From Vicinamibacterales bacterium (lineage in GTDB: Bacteria; Acidobacteriota; Vicinamibacteria; Vicinamibacterales; 2-12-FULL-66-21): 64,000 nucleotides of DNA. The translations under genes and the position numbers were made by a program. A model generated the notes under the pieces. The model had not been told where the DNA came from. It saw nothing but the letters and a program-made list of their open reading frames with translations, and searched no databases. The stretch spans positions 4,266 through 68,265 of the forward strand of contig DATBJJ010000006.1 of assembly GCA_036556425.1 (NCBI GenBank). Reading direction: 5' to 3'. The stretch's first letter is position 1, and each line of letters starts with the position of its first letter. This document shows positions 25,091 to 32,750 of the stretch, piece after piece.

Positions 25091-25105
25091 TGGCATAGAC
25101 CTTGC
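25091..25105 (+). promoter_or_regulatory. candidate sigma-54 promoter TGGCAT-AGACC-TTGC
   Basis: It differs from the consensus TGGCAC-N5-TTGC at one position. It is intergenic, about 215 nt upstream of the beta-helix gene. Confidence 0.5.
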
Positions 25106-25116
25106 CTGACCACAGG

Positions 25117-25148
25117 ACGGCCGAGCAAGCGTTTGGCCGGCCGTTTTT
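25117..25148 (+). terminator. hairpin plus T5 (terminator of the upstream operon, or a leader attenuator)
   Basis: acggccg (25117-25123) pairs with cggccgt (25138-25144), followed by ttttt. Confidence 0.45.
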
Positions 25149-25318
25149 CGAGATTCAGCGAAAAAGTCCAAGAAAACTGGTGGGGTCCCATCGGGGTGCC
25201 GCCGCGGCAGCTTGTAGGATTTATACGAATCGCCGCAAGCACCGTGTAGCGGCTTACGGTTGTGTAACGGATGAGGCCGACGTAGGGCACCTCCAAAGCG
25301 ATACGAGGTAAGGAGATC

Positions 25319-26809
25319 ATGCGGAAGTCGAACACGATGATGCGGATTTGCATGGGGATCGCGGCGGCGCTCGTGGTGACGGCAGCGCAGCCTGCGCGAG
25401 CGGCGAATTATCCTCTCGAGTTGACGAATATCCGGGCGGCTGGCGCGAACATGAACAGCAGTCACCGGATCTTCCGCGCATATCCAGGGCTCATGTACAA
25501 CATCCGCGCCGCGGTGATCGGCGGAGATCTTCCCTACACCTTCTCGCTCACGAACGCGCCCGCGGGGATGACGATCGACGCGCGCGGTGAAATCTTCTGG
25601 CCGAACCCGCAGGCCAACGCGACGCCGACGATCACGGTGCGCGACGCGGCCGGCGCGCAGGTCACAGCCACGTGGACGATTCAAGTCACGACGACCGGCT
25701 TCCGCTTCGTGAACGCGAACGCGGCCGCCGGCGGCAACGGCAGCGCCGCGAGCCCGTGGCGCACGATGGTGGACGTCTACAACAACGCCGCGCAGACCGA
25801 CATCATCTACTGGCGCGCGGGCACGTACAGCCAGCTGACGCTGCCGCGTACGGGCACCGGCGGCGACTGGGAGCGCGTCGAGTGGTACCGCCACGCGTCG
25901 ATCTGGCTGGCGTATCCGGGCGAAACGCCCGTCATCGACTTCGGGTATCGCGCCGGCGGCTCCGAGCGCGCGCCTGCGATCCGGCTGAACGACGACCTCG
26001 TGTACGTCGACGGCTTCGAGACGGTCAATTCACGGCTGATCGCGTTTCAATTCACCGGCATGCAGCAAGGCCCGACCTTCCGCAAGCTGCGCATGCACGC
26101 GCACGGGCCGGGCACGGATGGATCGAACGCGTCGTTCATCATGACGATGATCTCCCTCGGCTCGCCGACGAGCAACATGGTCGTGCAGGATTCCGAGTTC
26201 TGGGATCTCACGGGGCTCGCCACGACGCTCAAGATCTACTCGCAGCGCAAGCTGCTCATCGAGGACACTGTGCAGCACGACGCCACGTATGGCGTCGAGC
26301 TGAAAGCCGACGTGTCGCAGTTCACGGTCCGCAACAACTACTTCTACGACTGCAACGGGTTTGCGCTCGGCGGGAACATGCACTACGACACGACGTACGG
26401 CGAGATCCTGTTGAACTACATCCGTTCGGCGGACGCGCTGCAGCTCAATAACGACAGCGACGCGAGGACGATTCACGTCTATCGCAACACGCTCGTCGGG
26501 CGCGTGCTCGTCAGCGCGACGGACTCCGCCGACGGACCGTTCTATTTCATCAACAACGTCATCGTGAACAGCAACAGCGGCACGCCGGCCGGATCGCACA
26601 TCACCTACGAAGAGGTGAGCGCCCCGAGCCGCATCATTCAGGTCAACAACCTCGCGGGATACCCATCGGACAACATCGTCGACGGCGCCGGCAATTTGAC
26701 GACGGCGTATGCCGCGTATCGCGGCACGCACGGCCACACGGGCGGAGGCACGACACCGCCGGTACCGAATGCGCCGGCCGCGCCGACAAACGTCCGTATC
26801 ATCCGCTAA
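25319..26809 (+). CDS. secreted protein: Ig-like domain plus right-handed beta-helix (pectate-lyase fold) domain
   Basis: 496 aa. AAGGAG RBS, a signal peptide (AAQPARA/AN), a putative-Ig-like segment (YTFSLTNAPAGMTIDARGEIFW) and repetitive beta-helix-like turns (NNYFYD, YRNTLVG, FINNVIVNSN). Confidence 0.7.
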   Translation: MRKSNTMMRICMGIAAALVVTAAQPARAANYPLELTNIRAAGANMNSSHRIFRAYPGLMYNIRAAVIGGDLPYTFSLTNAPAGMTIDARGEIFWPNPQANATPTITVRDAAGAQVTATWTIQVTTTGFRFVNANAAAGGNGSAASPWRTMVDVYNNAAQTDIIYWRAGTYSQLTLPRTGTGGDWERVEWYRHASIWLAYPGETPVIDFGYRAGGSERAPAIRLNDDLVYVDGFETVNSRLIAFQFTGMQQGPTFRKLRMHAHGPGTDGSNASFIMTMISLGSPTSNMVVQDSEFWDLTGLATTLKIYSQRKLLIEDTVQHDATYGVELKADVSQFTVRNNYFYDCNGFALGGNMHYDTTYGEILLNYIRSADALQLNNDSDARTIHVYRNTLVGRVLVSATDSADGPFYFINNVIVNSNSGTPAGSHITYEEVSAPSRIIQVNNLAGYPSDNIVDGAGNLTTAYAAYRGTHGHTGGGTTPPVPNAPAAPTNVRIIR

Positions 26810-26822
26810 CCATTAATGCACA

Positions 26823-26868
26823 CAGAGGCGCAAGGTAACGCTGCGTTTGCAGCCCACCTTGCCCTCTG
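26823..26868 (+). terminator. long composite stem-loop after the beta-helix gene
   Basis: A 13-bp outer stem pairs cagagg(c)gcaaggt with accttgccctctg. A 5-bp inner stem pairs gctgc with gcagc around a GTTT loop. No U-tract follows. Confidence 0.35.
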
Positions 26869-26913
26869 CACGTCTGCCCTGGCAAGATCGATCCAGGGAA
26901 TAAGAAACCCTTA

Positions 26914-28008
26914 ATGCCAGGACAATCCGTCTCCGTCGTCATCCCCACGTATAACCGCGCAGAATTCGTCCGCGAAGCGATCGACAGCGCGCTCGCTCAA
27001 ACCCTTCCCGTCCGCGAAATCATCGTGGTCGACGACGGGTCCACCGACGAGACCGAATCGGCGCTTGCCGCGTACGGCAACCGCATCACGTACATCCGCC
27101 AGGAGAATCGCGGCGTCAGCGCGGCCCGGAATCTCGGGATGCAGCTTGCGGGCGGCAACTACATCGCGTTCCTCGATTCGGACGACGTCTGGCATCCGAA
27201 CAAGCTCGCGCTGCAGGTCGCGATTCTGGAGCGCCTGCCGGACGTGCACCTGCTCTTCACCGAGTTCGAGATCCTCAGGCAGGACGGCTCGCATCAGCGT
27301 CAGGGCAGCCGCGCGTGGCTCGCGCCCGGATCGTCGTTCGCGAACTTGTATCAGAGCACGACCTCGTCCACGGAGCTGGGCGTGAACGTCGACGGCTTTC
27401 CGTCCGACGTGCCGATTCACACCGGCCACGTGTACGACAAGATGCTCTACGAGCACTTCGGGTTGACGTCGACGGCGATGCTTCGGCGCAGCGTCGTGGC
27501 GGAGGGTCTGCGATTCACCGAGGGCGTGTCGCTCTACGAGGATTGGGAATTCTACGCGCGCATCGCCAAACGCCACGCGCTCGCGTTCGCCGATGCCGAA
27601 ACGGCGACGAACCGCAGCCATCAGGGGTTGGAGCGCCTGACGCGCGGTCCGCGCGTCGCCAAAGTGGAGTCATATCTCGGACTGCTCGACCGCGTGTGGA
27701 AGGCGGACCCGGGCTTCATCGAGGAGCACGGAGAAGATCTCCGCCGCGTCGAGTCCCGCGCGCTCATGGCGCTGGCGCGGGAAGGCGCGCTCGCGTCGCG
27801 CCCCGACGTGGTCGACCGCGCCCTCGTGCGCTGGCGCGCGCAATCGCCGCCCGTTCAAGAGGGCCGCGTCTGGGCGCGAATCTACGAGCTCTCCGGCTCG
27901 GCCCCAGGCGGTGCTGTCATCCTTCGTTTCCTGCTTCGAGTGAGCACCATGCTCAAGGTCCTCACGAAGCGGCAGCAGGCGCACTATTCGGTGAATCCCG
28001 CGGCCTGA
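26914..28008 (+). CDS. family 2 glycosyltransferase
   Basis: VSVVIPTYNRAEF...VVDDGSTDET...FLDSDD. Confidence 0.9.
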   Translation: MPGQSVSVVIPTYNRAEFVREAIDSALAQTLPVREIIVVDDGSTDETESALAAYGNRITYIRQENRGVSAARNLGMQLAGGNYIAFLDSDDVWHPNKLALQVAILERLPDVHLLFTEFEILRQDGSHQRQGSRAWLAPGSSFANLYQSTTSSTELGVNVDGFPSDVPIHTGHVYDKMLYEHFGLTSTAMLRRSVVAEGLRFTEGVSLYEDWEFYARIAKRHALAFADAETATNRSHQGLERLTRGPRVAKVESYLGLLDRVWKADPGFIEEHGEDLRRVESRALMALAREGALASRPDVVDRALVRWRAQSPPVQEGRVWARIYELSGSAPGGAVILRFLLRVSTMLKVLTKRQQAHYSVNPAA

Positions 28009-28037
28009 GACAGCCTCCGCGACGAGGTCATTCGCCA

Positions 28038-28045
28038 GGCAGACT
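28038..28045 (+). promoter_or_regulatory. GGCAGACT box, copy 4 (extended CCAGGCAGACTTT, identical 13-mer to copy 1)
   Basis: Exact 8-mer, intergenic, 107 nt upstream of the GG-N10-GC element at 28145. Confidence 0.3.
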
Positions 28046-28144
28046 TTCGTCGCGGCCTCTCACCCCTTTCCCGCCGACAGATCCGAATGTCAGTGTGCGC
28101 TCAATGATTTAGGCCGGTTTTCGAGCCGTTACCAAGGCCGTCCG

Positions 28145-28159
28145 TGGAATGAATCCTGC
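28145..28159 (+). promoter_or_regulatory. candidate sigma-54-type promoter TGGAAT-GAATC-CTGC
   Basis: GG-N10-GC spacing, about 45 nt upstream of the ATG at 28202 of a PEP-CTERM gene. Confidence 0.4.
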
Positions 28160-28201
28160 TGGATTTCGTCGGCGTACGCTTTGACCGAAAGGTATGCGTC
28201 G

Positions 28202-28870
28202 ATGAGGAACAGGAAACCGAGTCTGGTGGGCGTGTTCGTGACGGGGTTGCTCTTCCTTGGTGCCGTCCGCGGCGAGGCCGCACTGATCGATCGCGGCGGC
28301 GGACTGATCTACGACGATGTGCTGAACGTGACCTGGCTGCAGGACGCGCAGTTCGCGCAGACGTCGGGCTACGCCCAGTTCGGCAGGCTGAATTGGGCGG
28401 ATGCGAATGCGTGGGCGGCGGGACTGGAGTACTACGATTCAGTTCGCGGCATCACGTGGAACGACTGGCGTCTGCCGACGACGGTCAACGACCCGAGCTC
28501 GCTGGGGTACGACACGAACGGCCTCAACAGCGAGCTGGCCTACATGTATTACGTGAATCTCGGATACGCGCCGAATCTCGAGCACGATCGCTTCGCGCCG
28601 GCGCCGACGTCGAGCAACTACAACCCGTTCGTGAATCTCGCGTATCGCGGCTACTGGTCCGAGACCATGGGGCCGCAGGGTCAGGCGTGGATGTTCCACT
28701 TCCACTTCGGATCGACCGAGCTCGACGGACCGAACGACGAGCAGCGCATCTGGGCCGTGCGCGACGGCGACGTCGCCGCGATTGCCTCGCAGTCCGTGCC
28801 GGAGCCGACAACGCTCGCGTTTCTCGGCGTCGGACTCGCTGGATTCCTCTCTCGGAAGCGTCGGATCTAA
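28202..28870 (+). CDS. DUF1566 (Lcl C-terminal-like) PEP-CTERM protein
   Basis: ORF 28181..28870 with its likely ATG at 28202. Signal peptide, a DUF1566-type WRLPT motif, and a C-terminal VPEPTTLAFLGVGLAGFLSRKRRI. Confidence 0.85.
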   Translation: MRNRKPSLVGVFVTGLLFLGAVRGEAALIDRGGGLIYDDVLNVTWLQDAQFAQTSGYAQFGRLNWADANAWAAGLEYYDSVRGITWNDWRLPTTVNDPSSLGYDTNGLNSELAYMYYVNLGYAPNLEHDRFAPAPTSSNYNPFVNLAYRGYWSETMGPQGQAWMFHFHFGSTELDGPNDEQRIWAVRDGDVAAIASQSVPEPTTLAFLGVGLAGFLSRKRRI

Positions 28871-28983
28871 TCCCCGCAAGGCCTCCGAAACACAACCACC
28901 CAAGCGCTCGGCCGGCGTTCCGAGAGATGTCGGTGATACCATTCCGCCGGGCTCGGGTTTCTCGTACCGCGCAAGGCGATGCT

Positions 28984-29418
28984 ATGTCAGGTCTGAAGAA
29001 CCGAATCGCCAGATGGCGGCTGCAGCTGCAGGCCGTGCTGTGCTGCCATATTCCGCGCCGCTATCTGAAGACGGTCCGGTTTCCGCACCCGATGGGGATC
29101 GTGATCGGCGACGGCGTTCGCATCGGCCGCGACGTGCGAATCTATCAGAACGTCACGATCGGCCTCACGGAGAATCTCGTGGGGGCGCGGCCCGAGGACT
29201 ATCCCACGATCGAGGACGAAGTGTTCATCTACGCCGGCGCGGTGATCTTCGGCGCGATCACCATCGGCGCGCGGTCGATCGTCGGCGCGAACGCCGTCAT
29301 CAGCCGCGACATCCCGCCGGATTCGATCGCGTACGGATACAACCAGTTCAGGCCGCGGAGCGCGAAGAGCGAAGGGGAGCGGCCGCGAATCGCGGAACGC
29401 GCGGTCAAATCGGGCTGA
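28984..29418 (+). CDS. hexapeptide-repeat (LbH) acetyltransferase, serine-acetyltransferase-like
   Basis: ORF 28393..29418 trimmed to MSGLKNRIARW.... Hexapeptide repeats are visible (IGDGVRIGRDVRIYQNVTIG...IGARSIVGANAVI). Confidence 0.8.
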   Translation: MSGLKNRIARWRLQLQAVLCCHIPRRYLKTVRFPHPMGIVIGDGVRIGRDVRIYQNVTIGLTENLVGARPEDYPTIEDEVFIYAGAVIFGAITIGARSIVGANAVISRDIPPDSIAYGYNQFRPRSAKSEGERPRIAERAVKSG

Positions 29419-30196
29419 GCGGGCGGCTCATCCCTTTCAGCCTCGGTCCGGCCGCGCTCCGAATGCGGCGCGCGCGCTCGTCCGCCGTAGCGGGGCCGTT
29501 CATGAACACGCTGCAGATCCATCCCTTCGACGAATGCCCGATGCGCGTCTCGTCGAAGAGCGTGTAGCGCTCCTGCAGCTCCTTGAGAATCGCGCACGCC
29601 CGGTACGATCCCTCGAACGTCGACACGATGATCATGCCCTGATCGTTCAGGGAGTTCATGCAGCGATCGATGACGGCGAGCGGCGAGTCGAGATAGTAGA
29701 GCGATTCGTTGAAGATGATCGCGTCGAAGCGCTCTCGAGGCTCGTACGAGTTCGCGTCCGCGCAGACGAACATCGTCCGCTCGTCCTGCTCCGCGGCGAG
29801 TAATTGCTGCGCGGCGGCCGAGAGATCGACGCCGACGTAGCGCGCGTAGCCGTACGGACGGTAGCGGCGAAACAGCAGCCCTTCACCGCAGCCGACGTCG
29901 AGAATCGCGGGATTGGGCTTGAGGAATTGCAGGTAGCCGGTGATGATGCTGTAGCGCGGCAGCTCGTCGAGCTGCTGCAAGTACGACCACTTCCCTGTCT
30001 GGTACTGACGCTCCCAGACGTCCTTCGACACGGGCGTGTCGCCCAAGCCGTGGTGACGCTCCCACTGCGCGATCTTGCGGCCCATCGCCGCGCCAAAAGG
30101 AAGGTTGCGGCCGAAGAGATACCGATAGTAGGTCCGATAGACGGTGCGTACGGCCTTACGCACAAGACGATCGTACAGTCCTCGTTTGGACTTCAT
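29405..30196 (-). CDS. class I SAM-dependent methyltransferase
   Basis: 263 aa with motif I ILDVGCGEG. The 3' end overlaps the convergent acetyltransferase by 14 nt. Confidence 0.8.
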   Translation of the reverse strand: MKSKRGLYDRLVRKAVRTVYRTYYRYLFGRNLPFGAAMGRKIAQWERHHGLGDTPVSKDVWERQYQTGKWSYLQQLDELPRYSIITGYLQFLKPNPAILDVGCGEGLLFRRYRPYGYARYVGVDLSAAAQQLLAAEQDERTMFVCADANSYEPRERFDAIIFNESLYYLDSPLAVIDRCMNSLNDQGMIIVSTFEGSYRACAILKELQERYTLFDETRIGHSSKGWICSVFMNGPATADERARRIRSAAGPRLKGMSRPLSPI

Positions 30197-30379
30197 CGCT
30201 CAGCTGCTGGGCGCAGGTCAGCATAACGCAGATTTCGTCACACACATCACCGCATTGCATTTTTTTTCATACAAACAGACGTCCACTACCGCGCACAGTG
30301 TGCGCGTGGGCGCGCCTATACGCGAAACGAAAACGTCGAACGAGAATCGTAAGCTACGCGGGTAGTCTAGACGCGGTCA

Positions 30380-31369
30380 CTAGGCGGGACTTTCGGCGGG
30401 CTGGAGCGTAGGTCGAACGGCCAGGTCGGACGCGTAGTGCTTGGCGAGCCAGCGGTTCGACACGTCCAGTAGCTCTCGCTGCCATTCGGTGAGCGACAGC
30501 ACATGATTCGCGTGCTCGATCACGTGCACGTCGTAGAGCGCGGGAAGCGCCGCCAGCTTCTCGCGATGACGCGCGACGAATTTCTCCTCGAACTCCCACT
30601 GCAATCGATCCGTGCCGCCGAAGACGAGCAGCATCGGACGCTTCGTCGAGAGCATGTTGAAGAACGCCGGCGGAAAGAGCGGGTTCGCGTTGTCCTTCTC
30701 GGGAGGCGGCGCGGCCTCGCCAGCCGGCGGCTTCGCGAAACGCTGCTTCAGGGGCTCCGAGAGGAACCGCCAGATCAATCGATAATCGCTCTTGAGCGTC
30801 AGGAGGCGCATCCACGCCTGCGGGCTCAAGAGGCGCCCGATGTACTTGCGTCGGGTTGCCTGAAGCTGTCCCGTGGTCATGTAGAGCGAGGCGTCCGCGG
30901 ATGATGCCGCGAGCACCGCCGTGATGCCGAGTCCCAGGAGTCCCGCCACGCGCGCGTCGCGTCCGCCGGCGAGGAGGCCCGTGATCGCGCCGCCGCACAG
31001 GCCCGAGAGGATGAAGCGCTTCGTCCCGTACTCCGTCCCCATCCAATCCATCGCGTCGATCGTGTCGTCGACGAATCGACCCACTTCGATATGGTTGTAC
31101 ACGTCGCGCAGCAGCTCCTCGCGGAGCGTCCCCTCGGAGTCTCCCAGGCCGAAGAAGTCGAATCGCAGTACGGGGATTCCCATGCGGACGAACTCGTCGG
31201 TCATGCGGCGGTAGAGGCCCTGCGGGCCGACGCGCATCTTGACGCCGGGCGAGAGCAGCATGACGGCGAGATCGGTTCGCGCGCCCTGCGGCGTGTGCAT
31301 GACGCCAAACAGCCGCAGCCCGCTGCGATTCGTAAAGCAAACTGGTGTTTGTTGATCCATAGAGTTCAC
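30380..31369 (-). CDS. alpha/beta hydrolase, exosortase-locus type (hydrolase-1-like)
   Basis: 329 aa with a nucleophile elbow GLCGG. N-terminal pattern: LFGVMHTP...VLRFDFFGLGDSEG. Confidence 0.75.
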   Translation of the reverse strand: MNSMDQQTPVCFTNRSGLRLFGVMHTPQGARTDLAVMLLSPGVKMRVGPQGLYRRMTDEFVRMGIPVLRFDFFGLGDSEGTLREELLRDVYNHIEVGRFVDDTIDAMDWMGTEYGTKRFILSGLCGGAITGLLAGGRDARVAGLLGLGITAVLAASSADASLYMTTGQLQATRRKYIGRLLSPQAWMRLLTLKSDYRLIWRFLSEPLKQRFAKPPAGEAAPPPEKDNANPLFPPAFFNMLSTKRPMLLVFGGTDRLQWEFEEKFVARHREKLAALPALYDVHVIEHANHVLSLTEWQRELLDVSNRWLAKHYASDLAVRPTLQPAESPA

Positions 31370-31374
31370 GCAAT

Positions 31375-31791
31375 TCAGGTCACACGTCCGCGACGCTCGT
31401 CGGTGTCGATCAGCTCGACGCTCACGCCCATCCCCAGATACAGAAACGCGATCAAATGATCGTCGAACGCCTCGCCGGGCGCGGGCTGCGCGGTCACGCG
31501 GACGCCGCGCGCCGCGAGGTCTGCGGTCGACGCGGCGACGTCAGCCACTTTGAAGCACACGTGATGGAGGCCGCCGCCCTTGCGGACCGCATCCCACAAC
31601 GGGGAATCCGCGTCCGATGGTTCGATCAACTTGATGTCGATCGAGCCGTCCTTGCCGAGGAACAGCACCGTGACCTTCTGCCGGGTGTTGGTGACCTTTT
31701 CCGTCTTCCGCGCGTAGCCGAGCAGCGGGCACAAACGGTCCGCAGCCGCATCGACCGAGCGAACCGCGACGGCAATGTGATCGATGTGCAT
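31375..31791 (-). CDS. VOC/glyoxalase-family protein (methylmalonyl-CoA epimerase-like)
   Basis: ORF 31375..32601 trimmed to MHIDHIAVAVRSVD..., 138 aa, with GGLHHVCFKV. Confidence 0.8.
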   Translation of the reverse strand: MHIDHIAVAVRSVDAAADRLCPLLGYARKTEKVTNTRQKVTVLFLGKDGSIDIKLIEPSDADSPLWDAVRKGGGLHHVCFKVADVAASTADLAARGVRVTAQPAPGEAFDDHLIAFLYLGMGVSVELIDTDERRGRVT

Positions 31792-31799
31792 CGGCTCGA

Positions 31800-32750
31800 T
31801 CAGTGCTTGACCGGCTTGTTGGAGGCGATCGCGACCGTGAGGCACTCGGGCCCCAGGCCGACGAAGCCGAGCGCATGGCGGATCGTCGCGATCGCCGACT
31901 CGATGACGTTGCCGCCCTTCAACGCCTTCCTGATGCGCAGGCGGTTGTACGGATCGACGGTGCTGAAGCGCGCGATGTCGAAGCCGGCCTCGTGCAGCAT
32001 CGCGACGACCGATCGCTTGTTGAAATAGAACAGATGCTGGTTCTGGAATCCAAGCACGGTGAATCCGGTCCGCTTCCCGCGCGACTTCTGCATCTTGTGC
32101 CACAGGTATTTCGGCGACTCGACGAGCGCGCGATAGAAGGGATTGAAGAACAGATCGGAGTTGGGGTGGCGCAGGAGCAGCGCCCCGCCGGGCGGCAGCA
32201 TGCGGCGAATCTTGTGCAGCACCGCCATCGGTTCCGCGAGGTGCTCGATGACGTTCAAGAGCAGCACGGCGTCGAAGGACGCGTCGGGAATGTCGATGTC
32301 CTCCATGCGGCCGTAGAGCATCTGTCCCTTGAACTTCTTGCGGTTCGCCGAGTCCGCGAACTCGACGCCGGTCGCGGCGATCCCCTTCTCTTCCAGGTAC
32401 GCGAGAAAGTCGCCCGTGCCACAGCCAATCTCGAGCACCTTGTTGAGCCGCGCGCACTTCTCGGCCAACGTCGCGTGGAAGTGCTCCATGAGCACGGGGT
32501 TGTTGTTCGTCGAGTCCTCGTAGACGTCGTAGTTGTAGATGTGGTGCAGATCGCGAAGATCCGGCATCGGGTTGAGATACCGCAGGCCGCATTCGCTGCA
32601 CTCGACGATTTTCAGCCTGCCGCCGAAGACTTCGTTCTCGGGCAGCGATTTGATCATCTGATCCGCGCGAACCGTTTCAGCGGTCTTGCGCGCGCAGAAC
32701 GTGCACTGCGTCGTCGTCGTTCGGAGTGTTGTCCTTGTGCTCGTTTCCAT
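31800..32750 (-). CDS. class I SAM-dependent methyltransferase with N-terminal Cys4 zinc-ribbon
   Basis: CTFC...CSEC precedes VLEIGCGTGDF. 316 aa. Confidence 0.85.
   Translation of the reverse strand: METSTRTTLRTTTTQCTFCARKTAETVRADQMIKSLPENEVFGGRLKIVECSECGLRYLNPMPDLRDLHHIYNYDVYEDSTNNNPVLMEHFHATLAEKCARLNKVLEIGCGTGDFLAYLEEKGIAATGVEFADSANRKKFKGQMLYGRMEDIDIPDASFDAVLLLNVIEHLAEPMAVLHKIRRMLPPGGALLLRHPNSDLFFNPFYRALVESPKYLWHKMQKSRGKRTGFTVLGFQNQHLFYFNKRSVVAMLHEAGFDIARFSTVDPYNRLRIRKALKGGNVIESAIATIRHALGFVGLGPECLTVAIASNKPVKH

Noticed and set aside
25150-25318. Possible c-di-GMP or other riboswitch in the leader of the beta-helix gene
   Set aside because: I could not recognise any known riboswitch consensus by eye. 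It is left as an Rfam-scan suggestion only.
25084-25353. Small ORFs in the 25.0-25.3 kb gap (69 aa plus strand, 89 aa minus strand)
   Set aside because: They have no RBS, an odd composition, and span the hairpin and promoter elements. This region is more likely non-coding leader.
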